Below, piece after piece: positions 43,184-52,306 of a DNA stretch of 64,000 bases. The translations under genes were made by a program, and so were the position numbers. How positions within the stretch are numbered: the stretch's first letter is position 1; each line of letters opens with the position of its first letter. This DNA comes from Candidatus Enterosoma merdigallinarum (GTDB lineage Bacteria; Bacillota_I; Bacilli_A; RFN20; CAG-288), in NCBI GenBank assembly GCA_018714385.1, contig DVNL01000007.1, forward strand, positions 93,657 to 157,656. Direction: 5' to 3'. The notes under the pieces are model-generated. The model saw only the letters and a list, made by a program, of their open reading frames with translations, did no database searches and had not been told where the DNA came from.

Positions 43184-45177
43184 TTGTATCGGATATAAGC
43201 AAGAGCACGAATCGGCTTCTCTTTCGGAATCTTTCTTTTCAAATAGACAAAGGGATTCTTCTTTTGTCCGGGCCTTCCGGATGTGGAAAGAGCACTCTGA
43301 TACGGATTCTGGAAGGACGCATCCGACCAGACAGCGGCAAGGTTGAAGGCATCGGAAACGATTTTGCCTATGCCGGGCAGGAACCGAGTCTGTTCTACAA
43401 CGATTCCCTGCGGAAAAACCTTTCCTACTTTTCTTTGGACGAGAAGGAAAAGAAGAGGGCGGAAGAACTCTCGGCACTCTTCGACTTTTCTTCCTTGATG
43501 GACAAAAAACTTTTGACTCTGAGCGGAGGAGAAAGAAGGAAGGCCGAGCTGATTGCGGCTCTGTGCAGAGATAGGAAGGTTTATTTTCTCGACGAGCCCT
43601 TCGCCTCTCTTGATGGTGAAGGCAAGAAAAAGTTGGTTTCGGAGATGGAAAGGCTTCGTAAAGAGGCTTTGATCGTTCTGGTGAACCATGACGAATTTTC
43701 CCTTCCGGCCAAATGTGATGTGGAAGTGCTTTTCCTTGGAGAAGGCAGGACGGAAGTCATCGGAAAAACGGACCCCGGAAAGAATGACGATAGTGAACTG
43801 AGGAAAGGAAGGAGACTGTTCCTCCCGCTTCTTCGGTCCTATGCCAGAGACAATCCCTTTCTTGTTTTCCTGGACAGCCTTCTTCTTCTGGCGATGACTA
43901 TTTTCCTCATTTTCGGATGCTCTTTCATTAACACAAAAAGCGATTACGAGAACGACATCATCTCTCTTGAAGCCGACCCGTTTTCTTATCAGCGCTACAT
44001 CGCAAGAAACAAGGCGAGTTTGTCGCCGGAAGCCTTCACCATGGGAGATTCGCGTTTGGAAATTATCTTGACTAGTGAGGAAAAGCTGGATCGTTTATGC
44101 ATCGTGGAGACGAGCACGATCACTTCTCCGAACCTTTGGACTGTGAAAAATGATTCTGTAAAAACATTGTATCTTGGGGATAATATTTCAATAAAGCCGT
44201 CAAAAACGCCTTCTATATCGAATGAGGAAATGGACTTTCTTTTGGCCAACTATCGGGATCAAGGCTCTCTTTCTGGCATCGATGCCGTTCTTTTCCTTCC
44301 GGAAGCGGACATGGAGACGCTCCTTCTTTCCGGAACGGCTTCCTGGCGATGGGGAGACGAGGAATTTCTTCCCCTTCCCGGCCTTTCCTATGACGGCGTG
44401 AAGTGGCGTGTGTCGGAAGAACGGGAGGAACGATTCGAGCTTGTCCCAGACGATGCTTTTTCTCTTAGTCTTCCGGGGTGGAAGAATGATTCCGTGACGC
44501 TTTACGATGCCACGGGAAGCCGGCTTTTGTTGGAGACGGATGCCACAGATTCCCATTCGGACAAGATCGTCCTCTCCATAGGCCAATACAAGGACATTCT
44601 GCTTCATATTTCACGCCCTGGTCTTTCTTATTATGCGCTCTCTTTTTCCAGGGAGGACTATCGGCGGCTGGGGCGGGACTTTAACTTGGAACCGCTGGAT
44701 GTGATTCCTTGCTCTTCCTCCGCGGGCCAGACGAGTGGCCTTCTTTTCCTTTCGCTTTCCGGGGGTTCTCTTTTCCTTCTGCTTTTGTTTCTCCTGCTCA
44801 CCGGAAAAGTGCGTCGCAAGTGGCTTCTCTCCGCTTCGGCTCTTTTCGGGAACCTTGGAAGAAAGGGGCGGGAACCTTTCCGGATCCTTATTGGGGCGAG
44901 CATCGTCTTCTGTCTTGCCCTCTTTGCTTTCGGTCTTCTTTTCTATCCTCTTGTCTTCATTCCCTTTGCCAATCGTGCAAATACCCTTGCCATGTATCCG
45001 ACACCGCTCTCCGGATACTTCTACTATTCGCAGCAGCCGATGAATGACTACTACGACGGCATTAAGGACTTTCTTGCCTTCAATACCTTCGAGCCTGTCT
45101 TTCTTGTCTTGCTTCTTGCCTTGGCTCTTTTCATCGGTCTTTCTGCCTTCGTTTTGGGAAGAAAAGAAAGGCGTTGA
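43180..45177 (+). CDS. Fused ABC ATPase + FtsX-type permease (MacB-like), subunit 2
   Basis: Start at ATG 43180 (MIVSDI) forms an ATGA overlap with subunit 1. Walker A GPSGCGKST, signature LSGGERRKA, Walker B YFLDEPFASLD. Same TM1-big loop-TM2-4 layout. Confidence 0.85.
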   Translation: MIVSDISKSTNRLLFRNLSFQIDKGILLLSGPSGCGKSTLIRILEGRIRPDSGKVEGIGNDFAYAGQEPSLFYNDSLRKNLSYFSLDEKEKKRAEELSALFDFSSLMDKKLLTLSGGERRKAELIAALCRDRKVYFLDEPFASLDGEGKKKLVSEMERLRKEALIVLVNHDEFSLPAKCDVEVLFLGEGRTEVIGKTDPGKNDDSELRKGRRLFLPLLRSYARDNPFLVFLDSLLLLAMTIFLIFGCSFINTKSDYENDIISLEADPFSYQRYIARNKASLSPEAFTMGDSRLEIILTSEEKLDRLCIVETSTITSPNLWTVKNDSVKTLYLGDNISIKPSKTPSISNEEMDFLLANYRDQGSLSGIDAVLFLPEADMETLLLSGTASWRWGDEEFLPLPGLSYDGVKWRVSEEREERFELVPDDAFSLSLPGWKNDSVTLYDATGSRLLLETDATDSHSDKIVLSIGQYKDILLHISRPGLSYYALSFSREDYRRLGRDFNLEPLDVIPCSSSAGQTSGLLFLSLSGGSLFLLLLFLLLTGKVRRKWLLSASALFGNLGRKGREPFRILIGASIVFCLALFAFGLLFYPLVFIPFANRANTLAMYPTPLSGYFYYSQQPMNDYYDGIKDFLAFNTFEPVFLVLLLALALFIGLSAFVLGRKERR

Positions 45178-45201
45178 TTTTTGTGGGACTTGACGTCATG
45201 T

Positions 45202-45227
45202 AAAAAGCCGGTCAACGCCGGCTTTTT
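45202..45227. terminator. Bidirectional terminator between ABC subunit 2 and ffh
   Basis: AAAAA GCCGG tcaacg CCGGC TTTTT. Confidence 0.75.
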
Positions 45228-45230
45228 GTG

Positions 45231-46568
45231 TCACTTCCTTCCGAACATGCCCCGGAGGAGCATCGGGTTGCTCTTCATCATCTTCATGCTCTGTTTCATC
45301 TTGTCGAAGCTTTCGATGATCTGCGTCACGTCCTTGGGCGTGGTCCCGGAGCCGTTTGCGATACGGATCTTGCGATTGGACTTGATGATCTCGGGTTTCC
45401 TTCTCTCGTCCCGTGTCATCGAGGAGATGATGACCTCGGTCTTTTTGAGCTGCTTCTGGGCCATGTCGACCTGGTCGTCGGAGAGCTTTGGCATGCCGGG
45501 AAGCATGGTCAGGATCTTTCTGAGGGGGCCGAGCTTGTTCATCTGCTTCATCATGGAAAGCATGTCCGTGAGGTCGAACTGGCCGTTCATCATGCGACGG
45601 CTGGTCTTCTCGGCCTGCTTCTCGTCGAGTTTCGCCTGGACTTCCTCGACCAGGGAGACGATGTCGCCCATGCCGAGGATTCTCGAGGCCATCCTGTCGG
45701 GATGGAAGTTCTCCAGATCGTCCATCTTTTCGCCCGTTCCGGCATACTTGATGGGAAGGCCTGTCATCTTCTTGATGGAAAGGGCGGCACCGCCTCTCGA
45801 GTCGCCGTCGAGCTTGGTCATGACAAGACCGGTGATCTTGATCTCCTTGGCGAAGGTGAGGGCGACGTTCGTGGCGTTCTGGCCGACCATGGAATCGACC
45901 GTCAAGAGGGTCTCGTCGACGTCGATCAGACTTTGAATCTGTCTTAGCTCGTCCATCAGGGGTTCGTCGATCTCAAGACGGCCGGCGGTATCGAGGATGA
46001 GGATGTCGTATTTCTCCGAGACGGCCTTCTTGTAGGCCTCCTGGGCGATATGGGGCGGCTTGTCCCCGGGGGCGGAGAAGGTCTCGATCTGCGGATCGCA
46101 CTTGAGGCCGAGATTGATGAGCTGCTCGATGGCGGCGGGACGGTAGACGTCCAATGCGGCAAGAAGGACCTTCTTGCGGTTCTTTCTTTCGTAGAGCTGT
46201 GCGAGCTTTGCGGCGGATGTCGTTTTTCCGGTTCCTTGGAGACCGACCATCATGATGACGGTGGGACGGCCGTCCATGCGGAAGCAGACGTCGTTGTCTC
46301 CGTCGCCCAGAAGCTTCTCCATCTTGTCATGGACGATCTTGACGACCATGTCGCCAGGAGAGACCTTGTCCAGGACCTTCTGGCCGATGGCCTCGCTGCG
46401 GACCTCGGCGATGAAATCCGAGACGACGGTGTAGCTGACGTCCGCTTCCAGAAGGGCCTTCCGGACCTCCTGGAGCATGTCGTCCATGTTTCTTTCGGTG
46501 AGGGTCGCCTGTCCGCGGATTTTCTTGACGATGCGACCGAGACGATCGCCCAATGCTTCAAATGCCAT
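45231..46568 (-). CDS. ffh: Signal recognition particle protein Ffh
   Basis: NG domain (MMVGLQGTGKTTSAAKLA, DTAGRL, TKLDGDSRGGAALS) and a Met-rich M domain. Confidence 0.96.
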   Translation of the reverse strand: MAFEALGDRLGRIVKKIRGQATLTERNMDDMLQEVRKALLEADVSYTVVSDFIAEVRSEAIGQKVLDKVSPGDMVVKIVHDKMEKLLGDGDNDVCFRMDGRPTVIMMVGLQGTGKTTSAAKLAQLYERKNRKKVLLAALDVYRPAAIEQLINLGLKCDPQIETFSAPGDKPPHIAQEAYKKAVSEKYDILILDTAGRLEIDEPLMDELRQIQSLIDVDETLLTVDSMVGQNATNVALTFAKEIKITGLVMTKLDGDSRGGAALSIKKMTGLPIKYAGTGEKMDDLENFHPDRMASRILGMGDIVSLVEEVQAKLDEKQAEKTSRRMMNGQFDLTDMLSMMKQMNKLGPLRKILTMLPGMPKLSDDQVDMAQKQLKKTEVIISSMTRDERRKPEIIKSNRKIRIANGSGTTPKDVTQIIESFDKMKQSMKMMKSNPMLLRGMFGRK

Positions 46569-46902
46569 TGTCCAATACTCCTTTGGCCTCTTTCAGGAGG
46601 CTCTTTCTTTTCGTGTCGTCCTCTTCCTTCCCCAACCTGTCGAGAAGATCTTCCAGACGCTTCGTCCTTTTCAGGACGCCGACTTTCTCCTCGTATCTTT
46701 CAAGTTCCTTTTCGCCGTCTTTGATGGCTTGCTGAACGGCGCTTCTCGAGACGCCTTCGTTGAGGGCGATCTCGCTCAAGGAGAGATCGTCGAGATAGAA
46801 GCTTTCCATCCGCTTCGCCGTCTTTCTGGAGAGGAGTTTTCCGTAGATGAGATAGAGGGAGGCGAAATGTTCCTTCCTCCGGATGATGTTTTCCTCTTTC
46901 AT
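46558..46902 (-). CDS. ylxM: YlxM (UPF0122) putative HTH protein of the SRP operon
   Basis: YGKLLSRKTAKRMESFYLDDLSLSEIALNEGVSRSAVQQAI is a sigma-70 region-4-like HTH. Conserved position upstream of ffh. Confidence 0.85.
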   Translation of the reverse strand: MKEENIIRRKEHFASLYLIYGKLLSRKTAKRMESFYLDDLSLSEIALNEGVSRSAVQQAIKDGEKELERYEEKVGVLKRTKRLEDLLDRLGKEEDDTKRKSLLKEAKGVLDNGI

Positions 46903-46903
46903 C

Positions 46904-47155
46904 CTAGATGAGGAAGGTGATCAGGTCCACCAGAAGGAAGACGATCGCCGTGATCATGAAGTACATCCAGAACTCTTTGTACCGGTAGAAATGCTTTCTG
47001 TCATAGCGGGAGCTCATCAATGCCAGGAGGAAGGAGAGGACGAGGGAAGTGATCATCGTCGCCAGATAGGCGTTTCCGCCCAAGGAGCCGACGAGCATGG
47101 AGATGATGGCGTTGACAACGAGACAGACAAAGAGCCATATGACGAAGGAAACCAT
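46904..47155 (-). CDS. Small hypothetical membrane protein (83 aa, 3 TM)
   Basis: MVSFVIWLFVCLVVNAIISMLVG... The ATG lies 1 nt after the ftsY TGA, with GGAGG inside the ftsY 3' end; the stop is 1 nt before the ylxM start. The remaining 5' part of ORF 46904-47476 is Ser/Arg-rich antisense junk. Confidence 0.55.
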   Translation of the reverse strand: MVSFVIWLFVCLVVNAIISMLVGSLGGNAYLATMITSLVLSFLLALMSSRYDRKHFYRYKEFWMYFMITAIVFLLVDLITFLI

Positions 47156-47156
47156 G

Positions 47157-48593
47157 TCAGTCCTCCTCTCCGTCCCCGACCAGGAGACCATAGAGATATT
47201 TGTCCAGGTCGAACTCCTCGAGATCCCCCATCTTCTCGCCGAGACCGATGAAGCGGACGGGAAGGGAGAGCTGCTTTCGGATGGCGAGGATGATGCCGCC
47301 CTTGCTGGTTCCGTCCATCTTGGAGATGACGATGCCAGTGAGAGGGACGCTCTGGCAGAAGACCTGCGCCTGGTCGATGCCGTTCTGTCCCGTGTTGGCA
47401 TCGATGACAAGAAGCGCCTCGTGAGGGGCCTCCGGGATGATCTTCTTGATGACGCGGACGACCTTGGAAAGCTCATCCATCAAGGCCTTCTTGTTCTGGA
47501 GCCTTCCGGCCGTGTCGATGAAGACGATGTCGTAGTTCTCCTCCTTGGCTTTTTTCATCGCATCGAAGCAGAGGGAAGCCGGATCGGCCTGGGGACGGGA
47601 TATGATGTCCACCCCGACCCTTTCTGCCCAATAGGAAAGCTGCTCGACGGCACCGGCGCGGAAAGTGTCGGCGGCGACGAGGAGGACCTTCATGCCGCGA
47701 TCCTTGTATTTCTTGGCGAGCTTCGCGGTGGTGGTCGTCTTTCCGCCGCCATTGACGCCGCACATGAAGACGATCGTCGGGCCTTCCTTGGCAAGCTTGA
47801 GATCCGTGGAGAACGAACCGCCTTCGTTGGCATAGCCGATGAACATCTTGTCGATGAGGAGATCGTTGAGCGCATGGGGATCGTCGATCTTTTGGACGGC
47901 GGCCTCGCTTGCCGTCTCCTTGATCAGCTCCAAAGCGAGGTCGACGCCGACATCGGCCTCGATGAGGATTCTCTCCAGCTGGTCGAAGTATTCCCTGTTG
48001 ATGACCTTGCTGGCGTTGGCGAGCTTCCGTATCCTGTCGGTGAATCCCATGCGGGACTTGTCCAGTCCTGCGACATATTTGTCCATCACTTCCTGTTCGG
48101 ATTCCTTTGCGGGGACTTCCTTTTGTTTGTCCGATGCGGTTTCCGGAATCGAGGAAAGAGGCTTTTCATTAATTGCTTCCGGACCTTCTTTTCCTCTCGC
48201 TTCTTCTTCTTCTTCTTCTTTTTCTTCGGGAATCTTTCCGTCTTCCGAGGCTGTCTCTTCCTCTGCTTTTGCGAGGTCGGGAGTCTCTTCGGATGCGATG
48301 TCTTCCGCGGGGAGAGCGGTCACATCTTGGGAAAAACTCTCCGTATTGACGGCCTTTTCCTCATTCTTTTCGGCCTGGGGAAGAGGACTGTCTTCTTCTT
48401 GGGACGTCTTCCTTTCAGAATCGAGAGTTTCTTCTTGTGCTTTTTGTTCATCTTTGGCCGGCAAAGAAAGAGGAGTCCCTTCCTCTTGTCCGGAAGAAAC
48501 TTTTTGAACCTCTTCTTCCTTTGCGCGTTGCTTTTCCTCGCGTCTCTTGGCGAACTTTTCTTTGAGGAAATTGATCAATCCCATTTTAATCAC
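47157..48593 (-). CDS. ftsY: SRP receptor FtsY with about 170-aa acidic N-terminal (A-domain-like) extension
   Basis: NG domain (MCGVNGGGKTTTTAKLA, DTAGRLQNK, SKMDGTSKGG). The N-terminus is Glu/Lys-rich (EEKEEEEEEARGKE). Confidence 0.95.
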   Translation of the reverse strand: MIKMGLINFLKEKFAKRREEKQRAKEEEVQKVSSGQEEGTPLSLPAKDEQKAQEETLDSERKTSQEEDSPLPQAEKNEEKAVNTESFSQDVTALPAEDIASEETPDLAKAEEETASEDGKIPEEKEEEEEEARGKEGPEAINEKPLSSIPETASDKQKEVPAKESEQEVMDKYVAGLDKSRMGFTDRIRKLANASKVINREYFDQLERILIEADVGVDLALELIKETASEAAVQKIDDPHALNDLLIDKMFIGYANEGGSFSTDLKLAKEGPTIVFMCGVNGGGKTTTTAKLAKKYKDRGMKVLLVAADTFRAGAVEQLSYWAERVGVDIISRPQADPASLCFDAMKKAKEENYDIVFIDTAGRLQNKKALMDELSKVVRVIKKIIPEAPHEALLVIDANTGQNGIDQAQVFCQSVPLTGIVISKMDGTSKGGIILAIRKQLSLPVRFIGLGEKMGDLEEFDLDKYLYGLLVGDGEED

Positions 48594-49266
48594 CTACCCT
48601 TTTCGAGAGGGCATCCCGTGCCGAGGCCATTTCGGCCTCCTTGATGTTGTGCCCTTTTCCGACACCGAGGACGGTGCCTTTCACCCTCGCCTCGACGACG
48701 TAGCAGACATCCGGGGAGTTGAGGTTCTTCTGGTCGACGCAGACATAGTCGATGTTGCTGATGAGGATTTCTTGGAGACGGCTCTTCGGATCGGAATTGT
48801 CCAGTTCCTTGAGGAGGTCGGGAATGACGGGGACATAGATGTCCAAAAGAAGCCTTTCGGCGAAGGCGAAGCCCTGGTCGAGGTAGACGGCGCCGATGAA
48901 GGCTTCGAAGATATCCTCATTGATATGCTTGTGGAAGCGGGTATTGCCTTTCTCGCCGACGGAATAACGGACGAGGCTTGCAAAACCGAACCTGTTTTCG
49001 GAGAAGTCCGTCAATGTCTTGCCTTCGACCAAGAGGGCCCGGACCTTGGAAAGCTGGCCGGAATTGAGCGTCGGAAAGTTTTTGTAGGCGTAGCTTGCGA
49101 TGACCAGATCCAGGACGGCGTCTCCGAGGAACTCCAGTCTGTCGTAGCTAGGGCTGTTGGGATGCTCGTTTGTGTAGGAGGCGTGCGTAAAGGCCATCTC
49201 GTAGAGGGAGACGTCCTTCGGGACGATGCCAAAACGCCCAAGGAGGGCATCAAGGCCCTCAATCAT
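48586..49266 (-). CDS. rnc: Ribonuclease III
   Basis: FTHASYTNEH...YDRLEFLGDAVLDL signature and a C-terminal dsRBD. Start at ATG 49266 (MIEGLD) overlaps the plsX stop. Confidence 0.92.
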   Translation of the reverse strand: MIEGLDALLGRFGIVPKDVSLYEMAFTHASYTNEHPNSPSYDRLEFLGDAVLDLVIASYAYKNFPTLNSGQLSKVRALLVEGKTLTDFSENRFGFASLVRYSVGEKGNTRFHKHINEDIFEAFIGAVYLDQGFAFAERLLLDIYVPVIPDLLKELDNSDPKSRLQEILISNIDYVCVDQKNLNSPDVCYVVEARVKGTVLGVGKGHNIKEAEMASARDALSKRVGD

Positions 49267-50248
49267 GGCTTTCCATGCCTCCGATTTTCTCGACGATATG
49301 GCTCTCCGCCATCCTCCTTGCGACGTCGATGGCGTTGTAGAAGGCATAGGAGTCGGAGTTCCCGTGGGCCTTGACGGCCACGCCGTTGACACCAAGAAGG
49401 ATCGCGCCGCCGTACTTCTTGTAGTCCATGCTCTCTTTCATGTCCTTGAATCCGGAGGAGGCGAAGAGATAGCCGACTTTCGTGATCGGGGACTTCATGA
49501 AGGCCTTCTTGATCAGCTTGTTCATCAGGCTGGCCGTTCCTTCGCACGCCTTCAAGAGGATGTTGCCGGCAAAGCCCGGCGTGACGACGACGTCATGGTC
49601 GCCGTCGAGCACTTCCCTGGCTTCTGCGTTTCCCGCAAAGCCCGGGAAGTCTTGCTCCTTGAAAAGGGAGTAGGCCTTCACGATCTCATCGGTTCCCTTG
49701 CCCTCCTCGAGGCCGTTGGAGAGGGTGTAGACCTTGGGTTCTTCGACGCCGAGGACTTCCCTGGCGTAGAGTCTTCCCATCTTGGCAAAGCAGAGGAGGT
49801 CTTCCGCCGTGTTGACATTGTTGGCGCCGACATCGAGGATGACGGCGGCCTTTCCCTTCTTGAAAGTCGGAAAGGCGGCGCAAAGCCCGGCCCTTGTGAC
49901 GCCGGGGATGTTTCTTAGGAGGATGGTCGCACCGGAGATGAAACCGCCGGTGGAACCGGCCGAAACGACGGCCGTGCACGTCTTGTCGCGGACGGCCTCG
50001 ATGGCCTTGTACATCGAGGAGTCTTTCTTTCTCAGAAAGTCGAGCGGCTTGATTTCCATCGGGATGATGGATTGGGTGTCGACGATTTGCACGGCGGACA
50101 TGCCCGAGAGGAGGGGATGAAGTCTTTTTTCGTCGCCGAAACAGCGGAAGGCGACGTCTTTGTGGTCCGCGGCATAGTTTTTGACCGCTTCGCTCAGTGT
50201 CTCGGGACCGAGATCGGATCCCATCATGTCGACGGCTATTTCAATCAT
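49259..50248 (-). CDS. plsX: Phosphate acyltransferase PlsX
   Basis: IAVDMMGSDLGPE, GNAEAREVL and GVAVKAHGNS motifs. ATG 50248 with GAGG 8 nt upstream; the ORF-track start at 50266 is a TTG. Confidence 0.93.
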   Translation of the reverse strand: MIEIAVDMMGSDLGPETLSEAVKNYAADHKDVAFRCFGDEKRLHPLLSGMSAVQIVDTQSIIPMEIKPLDFLRKKDSSMYKAIEAVRDKTCTAVVSAGSTGGFISGATILLRNIPGVTRAGLCAAFPTFKKGKAAVILDVGANNVNTAEDLLCFAKMGRLYAREVLGVEEPKVYTLSNGLEEGKGTDEIVKAYSLFKEQDFPGFAGNAEAREVLDGDHDVVVTPGFAGNILLKACEGTASLMNKLIKKAFMKSPITKVGYLFASSGFKDMKESMDYKKYGGAILLGVNGVAVKAHGNSDSYAFYNAIDVARRMAESHIVEKIGGMESHD

Positions 50249-50322
50249 GGCAAAAACCTCAAACAAAAGATATGCAGCTAATATGATAACAAAAATTAAG
50301 TTAGAACTATATATCGGACGGT

Positions 50323-52305
50323 TTAGCTCAAGAGCATTTCCTTCCGTCTGTCCAGGGCGGAAAGATATTCGGCGTTTTCTCTCTCCTCCGGCGACTCGAG
50401 GATTTCCTTGGCGTCCTCCTTGGCGCAGCGGAAGATATTGTAGTCGGAGACAAAGTTGCAGACGCTCAGCTCGCTCTTTCCCGATTGTCTCTCGCCGGAA
50501 TAGGAACCGGCTCCGCGAAGCTTCAAATCGTATTGGGAAATCTGGAATCCGTCATTGCTTCCGGCCAAAAAGGAAAGCTTGTCCTGGCTCTCTTCGTCTC
50601 TGCCGTCATAGACGAGAAGGCAGAGGGCGAAGTCTCCGGAACGGCCGATCCTTCCGCGCAGCTGGTGAAGGCTCGACAGACCGAAGCAATTGGCGTCGTA
50701 GACGATCAAAAGGGCGGCCCTGGAAACGTCGATTCCGACTTCGACTATGGTCGTTGAAACCAGAATCGGCTTGTCGCCTTTGAGGAAGGCGTCATAGACT
50801 TCCTTTTGGTCCTCTTTTTTCATTCTCCCGTGAAGAAGCTGGCAATTTTCAGAACCATAACGTTGGCACATCTCTTTAAAGATGCTTTTTGCGTTTGCCT
50901 TGTCTTTGTCGTTTTCGTCAATCTTCGGTGCCACAACGAAAATCTGTCTTTTCACCTCGAGACACTTTCGGATGGCATCGTCGATTATCGGATCGGTGGA
51001 GCGGACGACTTTCGTCTTGACGTTGCGCTTTCCTTGCGGGAACTGTTCCAGGGTGGAGACATCCAGATCGGCGTTGATGATCTGCGACAGCGTCCTCGGG
51101 ATGGGGGTCGCCGTGACCATGAGCAGATCGCTTTCTCCCTTGGACAGAAGGCTGTCCCTTTGCTCCACGCCGAAGAGTTGCTGCTCGTCGATGACGGAGA
51201 GTCCGAGATCGTGGAATTGGATCTTTTCCGAGAGGGCGGCATGCGTGCCGATGAGGATGTCGATCTCGCCGTTTTTCAACCCTTCTTCGATCTCCCTCTT
51301 TTCCTTGGCCTTCATCGAGGCGGCGTTGGCGAGGAAGGCGAGACGGACAGGAGTGTCCTTGAAGAAGAGGAGAGCATTCCGGAAGTGCTGATGGGCGAGT
51401 TCGAACGTCGGCGCCATCAGGACGCCCTGCTTGCCGCGGAGAGAGTTGGCGTAGAGACAGACGAGGCAGACGATCGTCTTTCCCGTTCCGACATCGCCTT
51501 GGAGAAGACGGTACATGACCCTTTCTTTTTCCATGTCCAGGACGATTTCGCGGATGGCGGTGAGCTGGTCCTGGGTCAGGCGGTAGGGAATGGTCTTGAC
51601 GATGGCATTGATCTTTCTGTGGTCGATGGGAGGGTTCCTGCGTTTCTTTTTCCTGTCTGCCTTTCTCTTCAGAAGAAGGGAACGGACGGAATAGGACAGG
51701 GCCTCTTCGTATTTGAAGACGCGAAGTCCGTTCTTGAGCTCTTCTTCCGTGCGCGGGAAGTGGACTGCCCTGTAGGCATCCTTTTCATCGAGAAGGCGAT
51801 ATTTTTCCTGAAGCCTTCTCGGGACGGGGGACAGGAGATAGGAGGCCTCCGAGGGGCTCTGGAGCATCTTCTTCAGATAGTTGGTGAAATAGCTTGTCGG
51901 GACGCTCTTCGGAAGCGAATAGACTGGGCGGATTCCGGTCATGGCATAGAAGGAATCCGGGTCGTGGACGCCGTGGACGATGAAAGCCTTCCTCGGCTCG
52001 GAATAGTACAAGACGAAGAGAAGTTCTTTTTTCCCGGATAGCCGGGTCAGATAGAAGGGCTGATTGAAAAGGATGGCGCTGAGGACAGCCGTCTGGGATT
52101 TGATCTTGAAGCGGATGATGGAGGTGTTTCTGGGAGAGATAGCGTGAACGGAGAAGGGAAGGCCGAGGACGACGCATCTTTCCCCGTCGTGAGGAGAGAG
52201 GGGATTCCCGGAGGGCAATAGGGATTCGTAGCGAACCGGAAAATGCCGAAGGATGTCCTCGACCCCTTCGGCGTTCATCGCCTTGTAGAAATCCGAGAGA
52301 TTCAT
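50323..52305 (-). CDS. recG: ATP-dependent DNA helicase RecG
   Basis: Wedge domain plus SF2 motifs (LLQGDVGTGKT, VIDEQQLFGV, MVTATPIPRT, QLRGRIGRS). Start at ATG 52305 (MNLSDF), 1 nt after the upstream TGA. Confidence 0.93.
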   Translation of the reverse strand: MNLSDFYKAMNAEGVEDILRHFPVRYESLLPSGNPLSPHDGERCVVLGLPFSVHAISPRNTSIIRFKIKSQTAVLSAILFNQPFYLTRLSGKKELLFVLYYSEPRKAFIVHGVHDPDSFYAMTGIRPVYSLPKSVPTSYFTNYLKKMLQSPSEASYLLSPVPRRLQEKYRLLDEKDAYRAVHFPRTEEELKNGLRVFKYEEALSYSVRSLLLKRKADRKKKRRNPPIDHRKINAIVKTIPYRLTQDQLTAIREIVLDMEKERVMYRLLQGDVGTGKTIVCLVCLYANSLRGKQGVLMAPTFELAHQHFRNALLFFKDTPVRLAFLANAASMKAKEKREIEEGLKNGEIDILIGTHAALSEKIQFHDLGLSVIDEQQLFGVEQRDSLLSKGESDLLMVTATPIPRTLSQIINADLDVSTLEQFPQGKRNVKTKVVRSTDPIIDDAIRKCLEVKRQIFVVAPKIDENDKDKANAKSIFKEMCQRYGSENCQLLHGRMKKEDQKEVYDAFLKGDKPILVSTTIVEVGIDVSRAALLIVYDANCFGLSSLHQLRGRIGRSGDFALCLLVYDGRDEESQDKLSFLAGSNDGFQISQYDLKLRGAGSYSGERQSGKSELSVCNFVSDYNIFRCAKEDAKEILESPEERENAEYLSALDRRKEMLLS

Positions 52306-52306
52306 G

